DNA of 64,000 nucleotides, taken from positions 11,284,001 through 11,348,000 of the forward strand of contig NC_043012.1 of assembly GCF_006345805.1 (NCBI RefSeq). Direction: 5' to 3'. Position numbers and translations under genes: made by a program. The stretch comes from Octopus sinensis (lineage: Eukaryota). The notes under the pieces are model-generated. The model had not been told where the DNA came from. It worked only from the letters and a program-made list of their open reading frames with translations, and did no database searches. Shown here piece by piece: positions 39,575-53,384 of this stretch; the first letter of the stretch is position 1; the number at the start of each line of letters is the position of its first letter.

Positions 39575-40688
39575 TCCTGCCCCTTTCTCACCAGCTTATT
39601 TGGTTTTGATGTATATGTGTATGTGTCTGTGTATGGTTCTGTGTGTGTGTGTGTGCTTATGGTTGTGTGTGCCTGTGTGTATAGTTATGTGCACATATGG
39701 CCCTGTGTGTTTGTGTGTGTGGTTGGTAGAGGAACAAGGCTGTTATTTTGTACTTTCTCTCTGTTATGCCAGCCAGACACACAGTCTGAAATAAATATAA
39801 GAAACAAAGAAGATTAAAAGAAAAACAAGGGGGGAAAAAATAACAAAAAACCCAATATAAAAGTGAAAAATAAAATAAAATAAAATACGAAAGTAAAAAG
39901 AGCAACATGTTATAAAAGCAAAAAAAAACAACAAAACAACAAAACAAAACAAAATTAAAATACAAGGAAACTAAACTTGTTAGAAATAGGAATTAGGAAT
40001 TGTGTGTTTGACCTCTGAGGTCAATAAAAAAATAGAATAAAAAGGAAATGAATAAAAACAATAAAAAACAACAAATTCATCACCCACATTTACATATTCA
40101 CATTTAAATACATACTCACATACATACATGTATAAATACACATACATACATTCATACATACATATACACATACAACTAAAAGCAATACCTCAAACCAGCA
40201 TTTACATATATACACGTGTACATATACATATATATACATACATCCATTCACACACACAAATACACACACACACACACACACAAGAATACAAATCTACCTC
40301 CATATACATACACATAAATACAGCCTTAAAAAAAAGAGGGTATAATTGGGTAAGGGATCACCTTGCCTTAAAGCCCTGGGTAAAATGGTTATCAGAGCAG
40401 AAGGGGTTAGAGAAACAGTAGCTTGGTGGAGAGGAGAAGGAGGAAAGGGAGGGGGAGGGTAGCCTCAGCGATTCATTTTCATACATGTCTAACCCCCTTC
40501 TTTTAAAAGCAAAGGTGGTGGTGATGGTCATGGTGGTGATGGTTTTGTGGGGTGATGAAAATGAAGAGCTGAAGTGTGATTTTTATCTAACTGGTGTTGG
40601 ATGTTTTCAAAACCCTGATGAAGCAGGACCTCATTAAAAGCATACCAACCATGACCATCTCTCTTTAAGGCTATCTATCTCTATTACA

Positions 40689-40995
40689 GTGGAGGCACAT
40701 GGCTTAGTGGTTAGAGCAGCGAACTCGTGGTCGAGGGATCGTGGGTTCAAATCTAAGACCGGGCGATGTGTGTGTGTGTTTATGAGTGAAACACCTAAGC
40801 TCCACGCGGCTCCAGCAGAAGGTAATGGTGAACTTCTACTGACTCTTTTGCCACAACTTTCTCTCACTCTTTCCTCCTGCATCTTGCAGCTCACCTGCGA
40901 CAGACCGGCTTCCCATCCAGGTGGGGAAACCTATACACCAAGGAAACCGGGAAACCGGCCTTAATGAGCCAGACATGGCTCGAGAAGGAACAAAC
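40689..40995 (+). mobile_element. SINE family C (head H2 + tail T1) with ~12-bp TSD
   Basis: TSD ATCTC(T/C)ATTACA at 40677-40688 and 40996-41007. Confidence 0.9.
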
Positions 40996-41505
40996 ATCTC
41001 CATTACAACATTGCTTTGTGTATCCTTTCCTTCTTTAAAATTACCAGATGAGATTTAAAGGAGACTTAGCTGCTATTTCTAACTGATGAATGACCACGAA
41101 ATAAGTTTTTTAGTTGTTTCTTAGTGGCCCCTGCAAGCCAATAATCAAAAGTGTTCCAGCTGTGGCCATCCTGTCTATTACATATTACAGGAAAAACAGA
41201 ACCTCATTATCCAATGTATGTGTTTTTACTCTTAAACTGTAAAGGGTGATTTGAGGGAAAATTGGCAGCTTCTTTTGGCAAGTTGAATGACCATGTGGAT
41301 ATTCTTTATTTGACTTTAGAGATTGTTGGCCTAAGTAATAATTAATTGTAGGAACACTGTATTTCATTATGCAACCATAATATACTACAAAGTGTATTAA
41401 ATAAATGCTTTATAAGTCAATACTATGTCCTACTGTGTTAGCAGTGCTGTTAAATCACATGTTAAGGTTATCTCTACAGACTTTCAATTAGAAAGTACAG
41501 ATGTA

Positions 41506-41665
41506 GGCATAGGAGTGGCTGTGTGGTAAGTAGCTTGCTTACCAACCACATGGTTCTGGGTTCAGTCCCACTGCGTGGCACCTTGTCTTCTACACTAGCC
41601 TTGGGCTGACCAAAGCCTTGTGAGTGGATTTGGTAGACGGAAACTGAAAGAAGCCCATCGTATAT
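41506..41665 (+). mobile_element. SINE family A head
   Basis: Matches family A with a short internal deletion. Confidence 0.85.
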
Positions 41666-41898
41666 ATGTAATTGACTTACCCAACTCTCCTGAAGTTGCT
41701 GGCCTTGTGCCAAAATTTGAAATAAATGTTATTTTCCAAACCTGAGATTACAAGGAGTTTTAGGAAGTTGATGTAAGTGTATAATTAAGTTGATGTAAGT
41801 GTACGGTTAAGTATTATTAGAACTACACTTCGATTCACAGGCATCACTGAAGCCATAGATTCTAAATCTTGATAAAATAATCAATATTAGTGCAAATA

Positions 41899-41996
41899 TA
41901 AGTATTGTTGCAAGTAAGTAACATTACAAGTAAGTGTTGTTGCAAGTAAGTGTTGTTGCAAGTAAGTGTTGTCGCAAGTAAGTGTTGTTGCAAGTA
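41899..41996. repeat. 16-bp minisatellite (AAGTAAGTGTTGTTGC), about 6 units
   Basis: Directly visible. Confidence 0.9.
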
Positions 41997-42189
41997 CACT
42001 TACATGAACAGACAACATTGTTGCTATGGACTCTAAATTGTTGTTGTTATCATGTATCCTTGCATTTATTATAATGTGGGGATGTAAAAAAATGTACACT
42101 TAGGTGTTGTGGGAAGCATATTTATGGTAATAGACAACACTGTGGCTGGATAGGGCCACTATAAACCATCTTCAACATTATCATCACCA

Positions 42190-42342
42190 TTTGGCATTAG
42201 GAAGAGCATCCAGCTGTAGAAACTCTGCCAAATCAAGATTGGAGCCTGGTGCAGCCATCTGGTTCGCCAGCCCTCAGTCAAAATCGTCCAACCCATGCTA
42301 GCATGGAAAGCAGACGTTAAACGATGATGATGATGATGATGA
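42190..42342 (+). mobile_element. RTE-type 3' end (family D)
   Basis: Near-identical to 23517-23660. Confidence 0.85.
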
Positions 42343-43259
42343 TTGTACCACTACAACCATCACTCATCATCATTATTGCTATGACCATCTCCAACCACCA
42401 TCATCAACATCATTCTACATCTGCTTTCTATGCTGTCATGGGTTGGATGAGTCATCATGGTTGGAGTTACCTCCCATTGTGATCTGTAGCTCCCTATGGT
42501 AACTTATTTGTATGTGTTATCTGACTTCATTTCTATAGCTGGACCCTCTTCCTAATGCCAGCCAGTTTGCAGAGTGTATTGGGTGCATTTTCTCAAGACA
42601 TCAACAGCTTGAATAGTCTTTGGTGAAGCAGAACTAGAGATTCCTAACCATCAGCGTTGTTATCATCATCATCGCCGCTGTTGCCTTTGTCATCATTGTC
42701 ATTGTTTATCAATTTCCTGGCTACAAATGGCTCGGCTGAGTTCTAAAGTTAAAATGTCTTTGCAAATTGGATTGATTTTATCATAAAGTAGTTGGTGAAA
42801 GATCTAAGTGTGGGGTATTGATAGGGGCTGTGTGTTAGAGGGAGGCAAACAAATGTCAAAAGTTCTCCAATGTCACTGTTTTGTGTGTGTGTGTGTGTGT
42901 GTTTTTGTGTATTTGTAGATATTCTCCTCTTTCTCATCATCATCATTTAACATTTTTTTTTTTTTTGTTAAACTGGCATCGCTTGGACAGTTAGACAGGA
43001 GCAAAGAACACAGTAGCCATAGTAATTTATCTTGAAATATAGGAATTTTTTTACACTCCTTTCTCATCATAAAAACACACACACACACACACAAACACAA
43101 ATGTTACATACGCACACACACACACACACACAAATGCACACGCAGATGCATTGCGAGTGGCTGCAAAGTCTTTGTACAATTCAAAACTTGTATCAATTAA
43201 AATTGCATAAGCTTTATAATGACTAAGAAAGTAGTCATTTTATATGTATATATATGTTT

Positions 43260-43340
<81 letters not shown>

Positions 43341-43355
43341 TATATATATATATAT

Positions 43356-43508
43356 CGGGCATGGCTGTGTGATTAGGGAGCTTGCTTCCTAGCTATATGG
43401 TTTCGGGTTCAGTCCCACTGCATGGCACTTTGGGTTGGTGTCTTCCACTATAGCCCCGAGCCGACCGGAGCTTTGTGATTGAATTCGGTAGGTGGAAGTT
43501 ACTGCCGT
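43356..43508 (+). mobile_element. SINE family A head, diverged
   Basis: Matches family A. Confidence 0.75.
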
Positions 43509-43579
43509 GTGTGTATGTGTGCGTATAGCTGCTCAGTGCCTCTCCGAAAGAGAGAGAGGATATATATATATATATGCAT

Positions 43580-43960
43580 GTGGAGGCGCAATGGCCTGGT
43601 GGTTAGGGCAGTGGACTCGTGGTCGTAGGATCGCAGTTTCAATTCCCAGACCAGGCGTTGCGAGTGTTTATTGAGCAAAAACACTTAAAGCTTCTCAAGG
43701 CTCCGGCAGGGTGTGGTGGCGAACCCTGCTGTACTCTTTCACTACAACTTTCTCTCACTCTTTCTTCCTCTTTCTGTTGTAACTGTATTTCAAAGGGACC
43801 AGCCTTGTCACACTCTGTGTCACACTGAATCTCCCCGAGAATTACGTTAAGGGTACACGAGTCTGTGGAATGCTCAGCCACTTGAACGTTAATTTCACAA
43901 GCAAGCTGTTCCGTTGATTGGATCAGCTGGGACCCTCATTGTCATAATCGATGGAGTGCC
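43580..43960 (+). mobile_element. SINE family C (head H2 + tail T2)
   Basis: Head matches 59928; tail matches reverse complement of 23119-23300. Confidence 0.9.
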
Positions 43961-43981
43961 ATGATATATATGCTTGTGTGG

Positions 43982-44028
<47 letters not shown>

Positions 44029-44715
44029 CATCGTCACTATCATCATCATCATTTAACATCCGTGTTCTATGCGAGCATGGGTGGGAAGATATATATAATA
44101 CCTATGTGCATGAGTATGTGTGTTTATATATATATATATATATATATTTGTGTGAGTGTTTATATATGTGTGTCTGTGTATCTGTTTATGTTGAGAAAGG
44201 AGTGTAAAGAAATCCCCAAAATTCAAGGAAAATTACTGTGGCCACTGTGGAGGTGGGGAGGATGTGGAGTAGGGAATGTGTGGATGGATGGGTAAGTGGT
44301 GGTGCCATAATTTGAAAGAACAGAGGGAAGAGGCTGGGGTGGGGGTGAAAGAAAACAAAACTCCACTGGTGATGATAGTGGTGAAAAGGGGACGGAAGGG
44401 AGCAGGTTTCAATCACAGAAGGTAATTGTTGAGTTGTGTTTTAACATCATTCAATGTAGAATGGAGGAGAAATAAAAATAAATATTGAAAAGCAAAAAAA
44501 AAAAAAAACTTAAAAAAAATAATATAGGATGTTTTGGTTTGTTTTCATAGAATATTGTTGGAGCTTTTGAAGATATCTCTGTGGAGGTTGATGGTCTGAC
44601 TGCCTTGGCTATTTGACGCATGTATGTGTGTGTGTGTGAGTATAAGACTATGTGTATATATGTATATGTATTTGTAGGTAGGTCTGTGTATGTATGTATA
44701 TATGTATCTGTGTGC

Positions 44716-44933
44716 AGATAGATAGATGGATAGATAGATATATAGATAGATAGATAGAGATAGGTAGACAGATAGATAGATAGATAGGTAGATAGAGATA
44801 GGTAGACAAATTGATAGGTAGATAGAGATAGGTAGATAGAGATAGATAGAGATAGGTAGATAGAGATAGATAGAGATAGGTAGATAGATAGATAGATAGA
44901 TATAAGATAGACAGAGGGATAGATAGATATAGA
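44716..44933. repeat. (GATA)n-based compound repeat
   Basis: Directly visible. Confidence 0.9.
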
Positions 44934-44934
44934 T

Positions 44935-45165
44935 GTCACATAACTGGCACCTGAGCCAGTGACACAGAAAAAACCTGTCCTGGTGGCACATAAAAAGCGC
45001 CCATTACACTCTTGGAATGGTTCGCATTAAGGAAAGGCATCCAGCCCTAAAAACCATACCAAATCGGACTGGAACCTGGTGCAGCTCTCTGGTTTACCAG
45101 TTCCAGCCAAACCATCTGACCCATGCCAGCTTGGAAAGCTGACCCTAAATGATGATGATGATGAT
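44935..45165 (+). mobile_element. RTE-type 3' end (family D), diverged
   Basis: Family D body and (GAT)n tail. Confidence 0.75.
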
Positions 45166-45228
45166 AGAGATAAATAGATAGATAAATATATCTATATATA
45201 TATTATATATATATATATATGGCACATG

Positions 45229-45630
45229 ACCTGCTGTGCTTGAGGAGACCTATTGAGTCAAGTACATCAATATCAAAATAAATATCAAATGGAAATTGTA
45301 GCTGTGATACCTGTGCCGGTGGCACGTAAAAAGCACGATTCGAACGTGGCCGATGCCATGCCGCCTTGACTGGCTTTTGTGTCAGTGGCACATAAAAAGC
45401 ACCAACCAATCGGGGCCGCTGTCAGCCTCCCCTGGCACCTGTGCCAGTGGCACGTAAAAAGCACTCACTACACTCATGGAGTGGTTGGCATTAGGAAGGG
45501 CATCCAGCTGTAGAAACTCTGCCAGATCAGACTGGAGCCTGGTGCAGCCCCCTTGCTTCCCAGACCCTGGTCGAACCGTCCATCCCATGTTAGCACGGAA
45601 AATGGATGTTAAACGATGATGATGATGATA
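45229..45630 (+). mobile_element. RTE-type 3' end (family D) with three ~60-bp modules
   Basis: Starts CTGTGCTTGAGGAGACCT, matching the end of the RTE relic (~22538-22556); (GAT)n tail. Confidence 0.85.
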
Positions 45631-46172
45631 TAGATAGATAGATAGACAGAATCATTGTTCCACTTTCCACCAGCTGTCACTGTCCAAAACAGTTCTTATT
45701 GGAATTGCTGTTTCTTATATATATTTTGATATTGGTATGGCTTCTCTGGCTGGATACCTTTTGTGTCACTAACTATTTTACAGAGTGTATGAGATACATT
45801 TTATTATAGCACCAGCATTAGTGAAATTATCATATTCTCAGCAACATTACATGGAATTCACCATGTCTAGTTCCCCATAGCAACTGACTAATTCTCTTGT
45901 AGACATAAAAATAACACATTTAAAATACTTTTAATTATTGGATTTGGGAAATAATGGAATGGCAGATATTTTGGGATGTAATAAGTCATGTAGTCACTTA
46001 GTAACAGGCAGATACATGGTTCAAATCACATTAATGAATGTGTTTCCTTCTTTTCTATCAACTGGTGTTTGTACTTTCTGATATGACTTAATATTGAAAA
46101 TTTAATTAATTCATTAAATCTAATTATTATTAGACATCAATCAAAGTTATATATTTATGACCAGCTCCACTT

Positions 46173-46203
<31 letters not shown>

Positions 46204-46439
46204 AGTGTGAGTGTGAGTGTGAGTGTGTATTGTGTGTGTGTGTGTGAGTGTGTATGTAATGTAATAATTTTCCTGATAGTGACTCTGAAATTTCGCCAAG
46301 AGTTGGCTTCGGCATTCAAAGGAGGCCAACAACTGTCAAAACTTTGAAGTCCCTGTCGATAAAGTTATTAAAAATATCTCATTTTATACATGGAATGAGA
46401 TTGTCTATACATATATCTGTATGAGTAGATATGTGTGTG

Positions 46440-46455
46440 TATATAGCATATTTTT

Positions 46456-46489
<34 letters not shown>

Positions 46490-46739
46490 CATATATATGT
46501 ATATTAATATATGTATATGTATATATAGATATATATGTATATATATGTTATGTATGTATATATATATATGTATATATATGATATATATATATATATATAT
46601 ATCTATATATACTATATATATATATTATATATATAGATAATATATACTAATATATATATTATATATATATATATACATACATATATTATATATTATACAG
46701 TAATATATATATATTACTATATATAAATATAGATATACA

Positions 46740-46793
<54 letters not shown>

Positions 46794-46807
46794 CATAGAT
46801 CTATATA

Positions 46808-46838
<31 letters not shown>

Positions 46839-47364
46839 CATATATACTATATATATACATATATATATATATACATATATATACATATATACATATATAT
46901 AGATATACCCATATATAAGCTATATATATATATATAATATATATATATATATATACACATATATATATATATAATACATATTATATATTATACACATATA
47001 TTATATATATACACATTATATTATATATAATATATAATATATATATATACACATATATATATATATATACACATATATATATATATACACATATATATAT
47101 ATATATACACATTATATATATATAATACACATATATATATATATATAACATTATTAATATATATACACTTATATATATATATATATATAACATAGTATTA
47201 TATATATATATATACACATTATATTATATATATTATATACACATATATATATTATATATTATATCACATATATATATATATAGATATACATATATATATA
47301 TATATATACATATTATATATATATAATATATATATATATATATACATATATATATTATATATAC

Positions 47365-47423
<59 letters not shown>

Positions 47424-47435
47424 CTATATATATAT

Positions 47436-47483
<48 letters not shown>

Positions 47484-47622
47484 ACATATAATACATATAT
47501 ACATATATATACATATATATACATATACATATATATATATTATAACATATATATATATATATACCACATATATATATATATACACAAATATATATATATA
47601 CACATATATATATATATAACAC

Positions 47623-47653
<31 letters not shown>

Positions 47654-47822
47654 ATATACACATATATATATATATACACATATATATATATATACACATA
47701 TATATATATATACACATTATATATATATATATACACATATATATATATATAACACATATATATATATACACATATATTATATATATATATATACACATAT
47801 ATATAATATATACTATATACAC

Positions 47823-47854
<32 letters not shown>

Positions 47855-47900
47855 TATATATATATATATATATACACATATATATAGATATATATTCCAC

Positions 47901-47933
<33 letters not shown>

Positions 47934-48020
47934 TATATATATATACACATATATATATATATTATAGACACATATATAGATATATATATATTACACATAT
48001 ATTATATATATATAATACAC

Positions 48021-48051
<31 letters not shown>

Positions 48052-48090
48052 TATATATATATATACATACACATATATATATGTATATGT
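46440..48090. repeat. ~1.65 kb degenerate (TA)n block with CA interruptions
   Basis: Directly visible. Confidence 0.95.
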
Positions 48091-48103
48091 AACAAACATA
48101 CAT

Positions 48104-48261
48104 AGGCGCAGGCATAGCTGTGTGGTAATAAACTTACTTCCCAACCACATGGTTTCAGTTTCATCCTATGGTGTGGCACCATGGGTAAGTGTATTTCTAC
48201 TGTAGCCTCAGGCCAACCAAAACCTTGTTAGTTCATTTTGATGATGAAAACTGAAAGAAGC

Positions 48262-48270
<9 letters not shown>
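48104..48270 (+). mobile_element. SINE family A head
   Basis: Matches family A. Confidence 0.8.
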
Positions 48271-48319
<49 letters not shown>

Positions 48320-48406
48320 GTGTGTGTGTGTGTGTGTATATATTGTGTGTGTGTGTATATATAATGTGTGTGTGTGATATATATTGTGTGTGGGTGTGTA
48401 TATATA

Positions 48407-48451
<45 letters not shown>

Positions 48452-48459
48452 TGTACACA

Positions 48460-48615
48460 ATGGGCTTCTTTCAGTTTCCCTCTACAAAATCCACTCATAA
48501 GTCTTTGGTCAGGTCAAGACTATAGAAGACACTTGCCTAATGTGTCACACAGTGGGACTGAACCCAGAACCATGTGATTGGAAGCCAGCTTCTTACCACA
48601 CACCTACACCTGCAT
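48460..48615 (-). mobile_element. SINE family A head
   Basis: Matches family A, inverted relative to 48104. Confidence 0.8.
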
Positions 48616-48966
48616 ATATGAATTTATTGGTTCAAGCCATTAGGCTGTGATCATGCTGCATGGCGGGACACGTTTATGCAATTTGTGTTTATGGATTTAA
48701 CTAAAGCTACACATTTGCTTGGTATTTACTTGCACGTTTGTGTCAGCAGTCTGGTGTACATGTATGTATGTGCATGTGTGTGTGGCTCGATGTTTATAGC
48801 TATGTAACTTATGACATTGAATCAATAACTTCGTTGCTGACATCCACCCCGAGATCCATAAAATACTAGTGTTACGTCATGGTACAGCTTTAATGACTCT
48901 GAAGCCACAACATAGTCACATACATCTTTCTCTGTCTGTGTGGGTGTGTGTTTGTGTGGGTGTATA

Positions 48967-49250
48967 TCATCATCATCATCATCATTTAACGTCCGTTTTC
49001 CATGCTAGCATGGGTTGGACGGTTGACAGGAGCTGGCCAGGTAGAAAAACTACCTACTGTGTCTGTTTTGGTAGGGGCTTTATGGCTGGATGCCCTTCCT
49101 AACATCAACCACTCTGTAGAATGGACTCAGTGCTTTTTACGTGGCACTATCACAAGCAAAGTTAGTTTTGGCATAATTTTCACACCTGGCTGCCCTTCGA
49201 AATGCCAACCATGTTACAGTGTGGACTGGATGCATTTAACATGGCATCTG
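48967..49250 (-). mobile_element. Family D-related 3' end, diverged
   Basis: (CAT)n-TTAACGTCCGTTTTCCATGCTAGCATGGG; GGCTGGATGCCCTTCCTAA. Confidence 0.7.
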
Positions 49251-50206
49251 TACTGGCAGAGTAACCAAGTAACTCACAAGAATTATGAGAGGAATTATGA
49301 GAGAGGCAGAGCATTTGAGGTGGGGAACTTGTGTCAGAGGAGGAAAGGTTAGAGTGTGACAAAAAGACAGAGACAGAGGCAGGTGTCTTGCTACAACAGA
49401 ACAGACATTAAAGGAAGTGATCCAGTATCAAATGATGAAAGATTAGAGAAGTAGAGAGGCAGAAAGAGGAGGTACAGCATCATCATTGTTTGACCGTGGT
49501 CGAGACAATGGAATTTACTATGTTAAGCCTCATAAGGAGGCAAATGTAAGTTCCATCCAACCACCTCTCAAGCCTCTTTGATAATGTCCATGGTTACCCA
49601 GTGAGTGAGTGTGTGTGTGTGTGTGTGTAAGAGAGAAAGAGAGAGAAAGAGGAGATAGAGAGTGAGAGAGAGGTACAAGAAAGAGACCAGAAAAAGTGTG
49701 CTGATGTAAAGGTGATACTTGGTTACCTGGTCAGAGGAAAAACAAGAGAAGAGGGGGAGTGACCAAAGGAAGAGAGAGAGAGAGAGTGACCAAAGGAAAA
49801 GAGAGAGAGAGAGAGTAGGAAACAGCAAATGTGAAAGAGAGAGCAGAAGGTGTAGTGCTGTGGTATACTCACTAGTAACAAGAATATGAGTGTAGAACCT
49901 GGTTAGAAGTATAGGATGTGGGTGTGAGTGTTGGGGTGTGGAGGTCAGCGATACAGTGAGAGTGGCAGTGAGGGCAAGAAAGGGGATTGAAAGATAAATC
50001 ATAATTTATGAAGAGGAAATGTAAGGAAGAGAATGATGCTGTTAGAAGAGTAATTGTAGAGTGGGTGAAAAATGTGTTGTTACATGTGGGTTGGGCACGA
50101 CTCCTCTAGCACCCAGTTTTGTGGATGGGTCTTTTCTAGCACTTCAGATCACCAAACATCTCAGACCACTGTTGACATATTTAGTATAGTTAGTCAAAAG
50201 TTAGTG

Positions 50207-50441
50207 AAAGGTGGTGAGCTGGCAGAAACGTTAGCGTGCTGGACAAAATGCCTTGCAGTATTTTGTCTGTCGTTACGTTCTGAGTTCAAATTCCGCCGAG
50301 GTCGACTTTTTCTTTCATCCTTTCGGGGTCGATAAATAAAGTACCAGTTATGCACTGGAGTTGACGTAATCGACTTTAATGCCTTTGTCTGTCCTTGTTT
50401 GTCCCCTCTATGTTTAGCCCCTTGTGGGCAGTAAAGAAATA
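50207..50441 (+). mobile_element. SINE family B with 17-bp TSD
   Basis: TSD TATAGTTAGTCAAAAGT at 50185-50201 and 50442-50458. Confidence 0.92.
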
Positions 50442-51491
50442 TATAGTTAGTCAAAAGTGTTCAAAGCCATATTGGGAAGAGAAAAAACCATTAGCGTTAT
50501 TGATGAATCATGGTCCAAAAAGTGAAAGGAGATAACTTTCAGTGGAATTGTGTAATGGTGTGTGGGAGATATTTGGCATGTACAGAGATAACTCTGAACA
50601 TGTTTCAACTTTATTAATCCTCATCAATGAAATATAGTGTCATCAATGCTTGATGTGTCCTAGGCGACTAAGACAATGTCAGAATTTTGAGTCAGTGATC
50701 ACTAACAGACATGACATATTTAAGGAACTGTTGAGCGGTGTGTGTGTGTGTGTGTGTGTGTGCTATATTCTGTACAGATACAACTAACATAGATGAAAGC
50801 ATCATAAATAAATGGTTACAGTTATTTATTATTTCAAACCTCTTTCCTATCCACTTCCTACCATTTTCTTTTATTTTCTTTTTTTTTTTTATGTTTCTGA
50901 GTCAAAATCCTAACAGCTTTCTTGTGTGGGAACATTCATTTAGCAGAGTCTAAGAAGTCTTTATGGGCTTTGAAAAGATATTCAGATAAAAATAAAGTGA
51001 TCTGGAGCGAAATAAACCTCAACTTGAACATATATAATCAATTAGGATGTTCCAGACCTGCAGCAGATAGCAAACACACACACACACACACACACACAAA
51101 ATAATAATAATAATAATAATAAGACAGCCGTCATCATCATCATCATCATCATCATCACTTACATTAACAATATTATTAGCAAAAACAACTATAAAAGCAA
51201 ATCCAATTTTGTTTTTTTAGAAAATATTTGATTATTTTTTATCCTTTTAGTGTCCCTACATTATGATGGAATGAGATGTATTGCAAACTGTGTGTGTGTG
51301 GGTGTGTGTGTGTGTGTGTTCATTTCTGCCTCGTCCTTTCCCTTAATCTTAATGTTTTCTGCTTCAAACCTTCCTTCATTCGCCTGTTTATCTTTCATTT
51401 TCTTCTCTTTCACTTATTCCCTTTAACCACCATTGTCTATCTTTCATTAGTTTTGCTGCCTTGTATATATATCATTAGTTCTTTTCTTCCT

Positions 51492-51790
51492 TATTTCTTT
51501 ATTGCCCACAAGGAGCTAAACATAGAGCGGACAAACAAGGACAGACAAAGACATTAAGTTAGTTAGATCGACCCCAGTGCGTAACTGGTATTAATTTGTT
51601 GACCTCAGGTGGATGAATTTGAGCTCGAAACGTAAAGACAGACGAAATACCTATTTCTTTACTACCCCACAAGGGGCTAAACACCAGAGAGGACAAAACA
51701 AGGACAGACAAAGGGATTAAGTCGATTACCATGACCCCAGTGCATAACTGGTACTAATTTGATCGACCTGACAGGATGAAAGGCCAAGTA
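51492..51790 (-). mobile_element. Two tandem partial family B copies
   Basis: TATTTCTTTA..CCCACAAGG tail appears at 51492 and 51652. Confidence 0.8.
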
Positions 51791-52186
51791 TTGATGATGA
51801 AATTAAAGTACCAGTGAAAGACTTGGGTCGATGCAATCGACTAGTCCCATCCTACAAAATTTCAGGTCTTGTGCCTAGAGTAGAAAGGATTGTGAAGTGC
51901 CTTGAGCATGCATCCCCCTTGTTTGGCCCTGGGCCAACCAGAGCCTTGTGAATGGATTAAGTAAACGAAAATTAATAGATCCTCTTCATGTGTATGTGCA
52001 TGTATTAGATATATGTGAGTATGCTTGTATGTGTGTGTGTGTGTGGTGTGTGGTGTGTGTGTCATGGCTCCTTGTTTTGACTTCAAGTGACAGCATAGAG
52101 AGGGAGAAAGAGAGAGGGTGGGTGGGTTGGGGTAAAAAGTCCTTCAAACTTGTCAAGTTTATGGCAACCGAGCTGGTCTTAAACGT

Positions 52187-52406
52187 GGCGAGCTGGCAGA
52201 AATGTTAGCATGCCGGGCGGTATTTGCTTAGCGGTATTTCGTCTGTCGCTACGATCTGGGTTCAAATTCTGCCGAGGTCGACTTTGCCTTTCATCCTTTC
52301 GGGGTCGATAAATAAAGTACCAGTTTCACACTGGAGTCGATGTAATCGACTTAATCATTTTATTTGTCCCCTCTATGTTTAGCCTCTTGTGGGCAGTGAA
52401 GAAATA
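52187..52406 (+). mobile_element. SINE family B (variant head)
   Basis: Matches family B. Confidence 0.9.
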
Positions 52407-52770
52407 TATTTGTGGTGTCATGAAAAAAATGCACCCAGGAGACTGTGTGAAGCAGTTGGTGTTAGGAAAGATATCAAGACGAAAATGAAAAATCATAAAT
52501 ATATATGTGTGTGTGTGTGTGTGTGTGTTGAGTAGACTTAGATTAGCTGCTGCACAGCCCCTATCTTTCTACCAACCATATTCATAAAACTAAACTAATG
52601 CATGAGCTTCAATACAAACACTGAAAACCGATTCCATAAATGATGCTTTTAAAATGAGTCACGTCTAACGAAATATGTCAAACAAAGAGTTTTTGAAAGT
52701 CTGCTAGAATTAATTTCTCTTTTACATTGTGTTTCTAGTGTCCATGTTAACATATATGAATATGCACATG

Positions 52771-52804
<34 letters not shown>

Positions 52805-53110
52805 GTTGACACACCAATAATTTATGTATCAAATTACTTGCCAAAAATACATTATACATACAAAGTACTCTCTTTAGTTTTACTTAAGCCCTTAAGAATA
52901 GTGGGTTTCTGTAGACTGCTAAAAAGGGTCTTTAGTAACTTAAGAAGTCTTAATACAGGAATTTAAAACTATTTTAGATGATCCCCTTTTTTTTCTGCCC
53001 ACAAAATTACCATATTTAAAAGCAAGGTGATTACATTTCACTGCAATGTTTGATAACATGCATTTATTTAGTATAGTATGAAAAAGGCATTGTTAATTCA
53101 CCAATAAGAC

Positions 53111-53341
53111 GGCGAGCTGGCAGAAACGTTAGCACGCCGGGCGGTATTTGCTTAGCGGTATTTCGTCTGTCGCTACGATCTGGGTTCAAATTCTGTCGAG
53201 GTCGACTTTGCCTTTCATCCTTTCGGTGTTGATAAATTAAGTACCAGTTATGCACTGGGGTCGATGTGATCGACTTAACCCCTTTGTCTGTCCTTGTTTG
53301 TGCCCTCTATGTTTAGCCCCTTGTGGGCAATAAAGAAATAA
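53111..53341 (+). mobile_element. SINE family B (same variant head as 52187)
   Basis: Matches family B. Confidence 0.9.
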
Positions 53342-53352
53342 TACTCTGTGTG

Positions 53353-53384
<32 letters not shown>

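Noticed and set aside
41083-41105. CTGATGA...GAAA hammerhead-like string (also 2346-2365)
   Set aside because: No pairing stem II and no convincing stem I; consistent with chance
51651-51790. Unusual indel-rich SINE variant
   Set aside because: Scattered single-base indels look like residual long-read error or decay; the same caution applies to the long AT blocks
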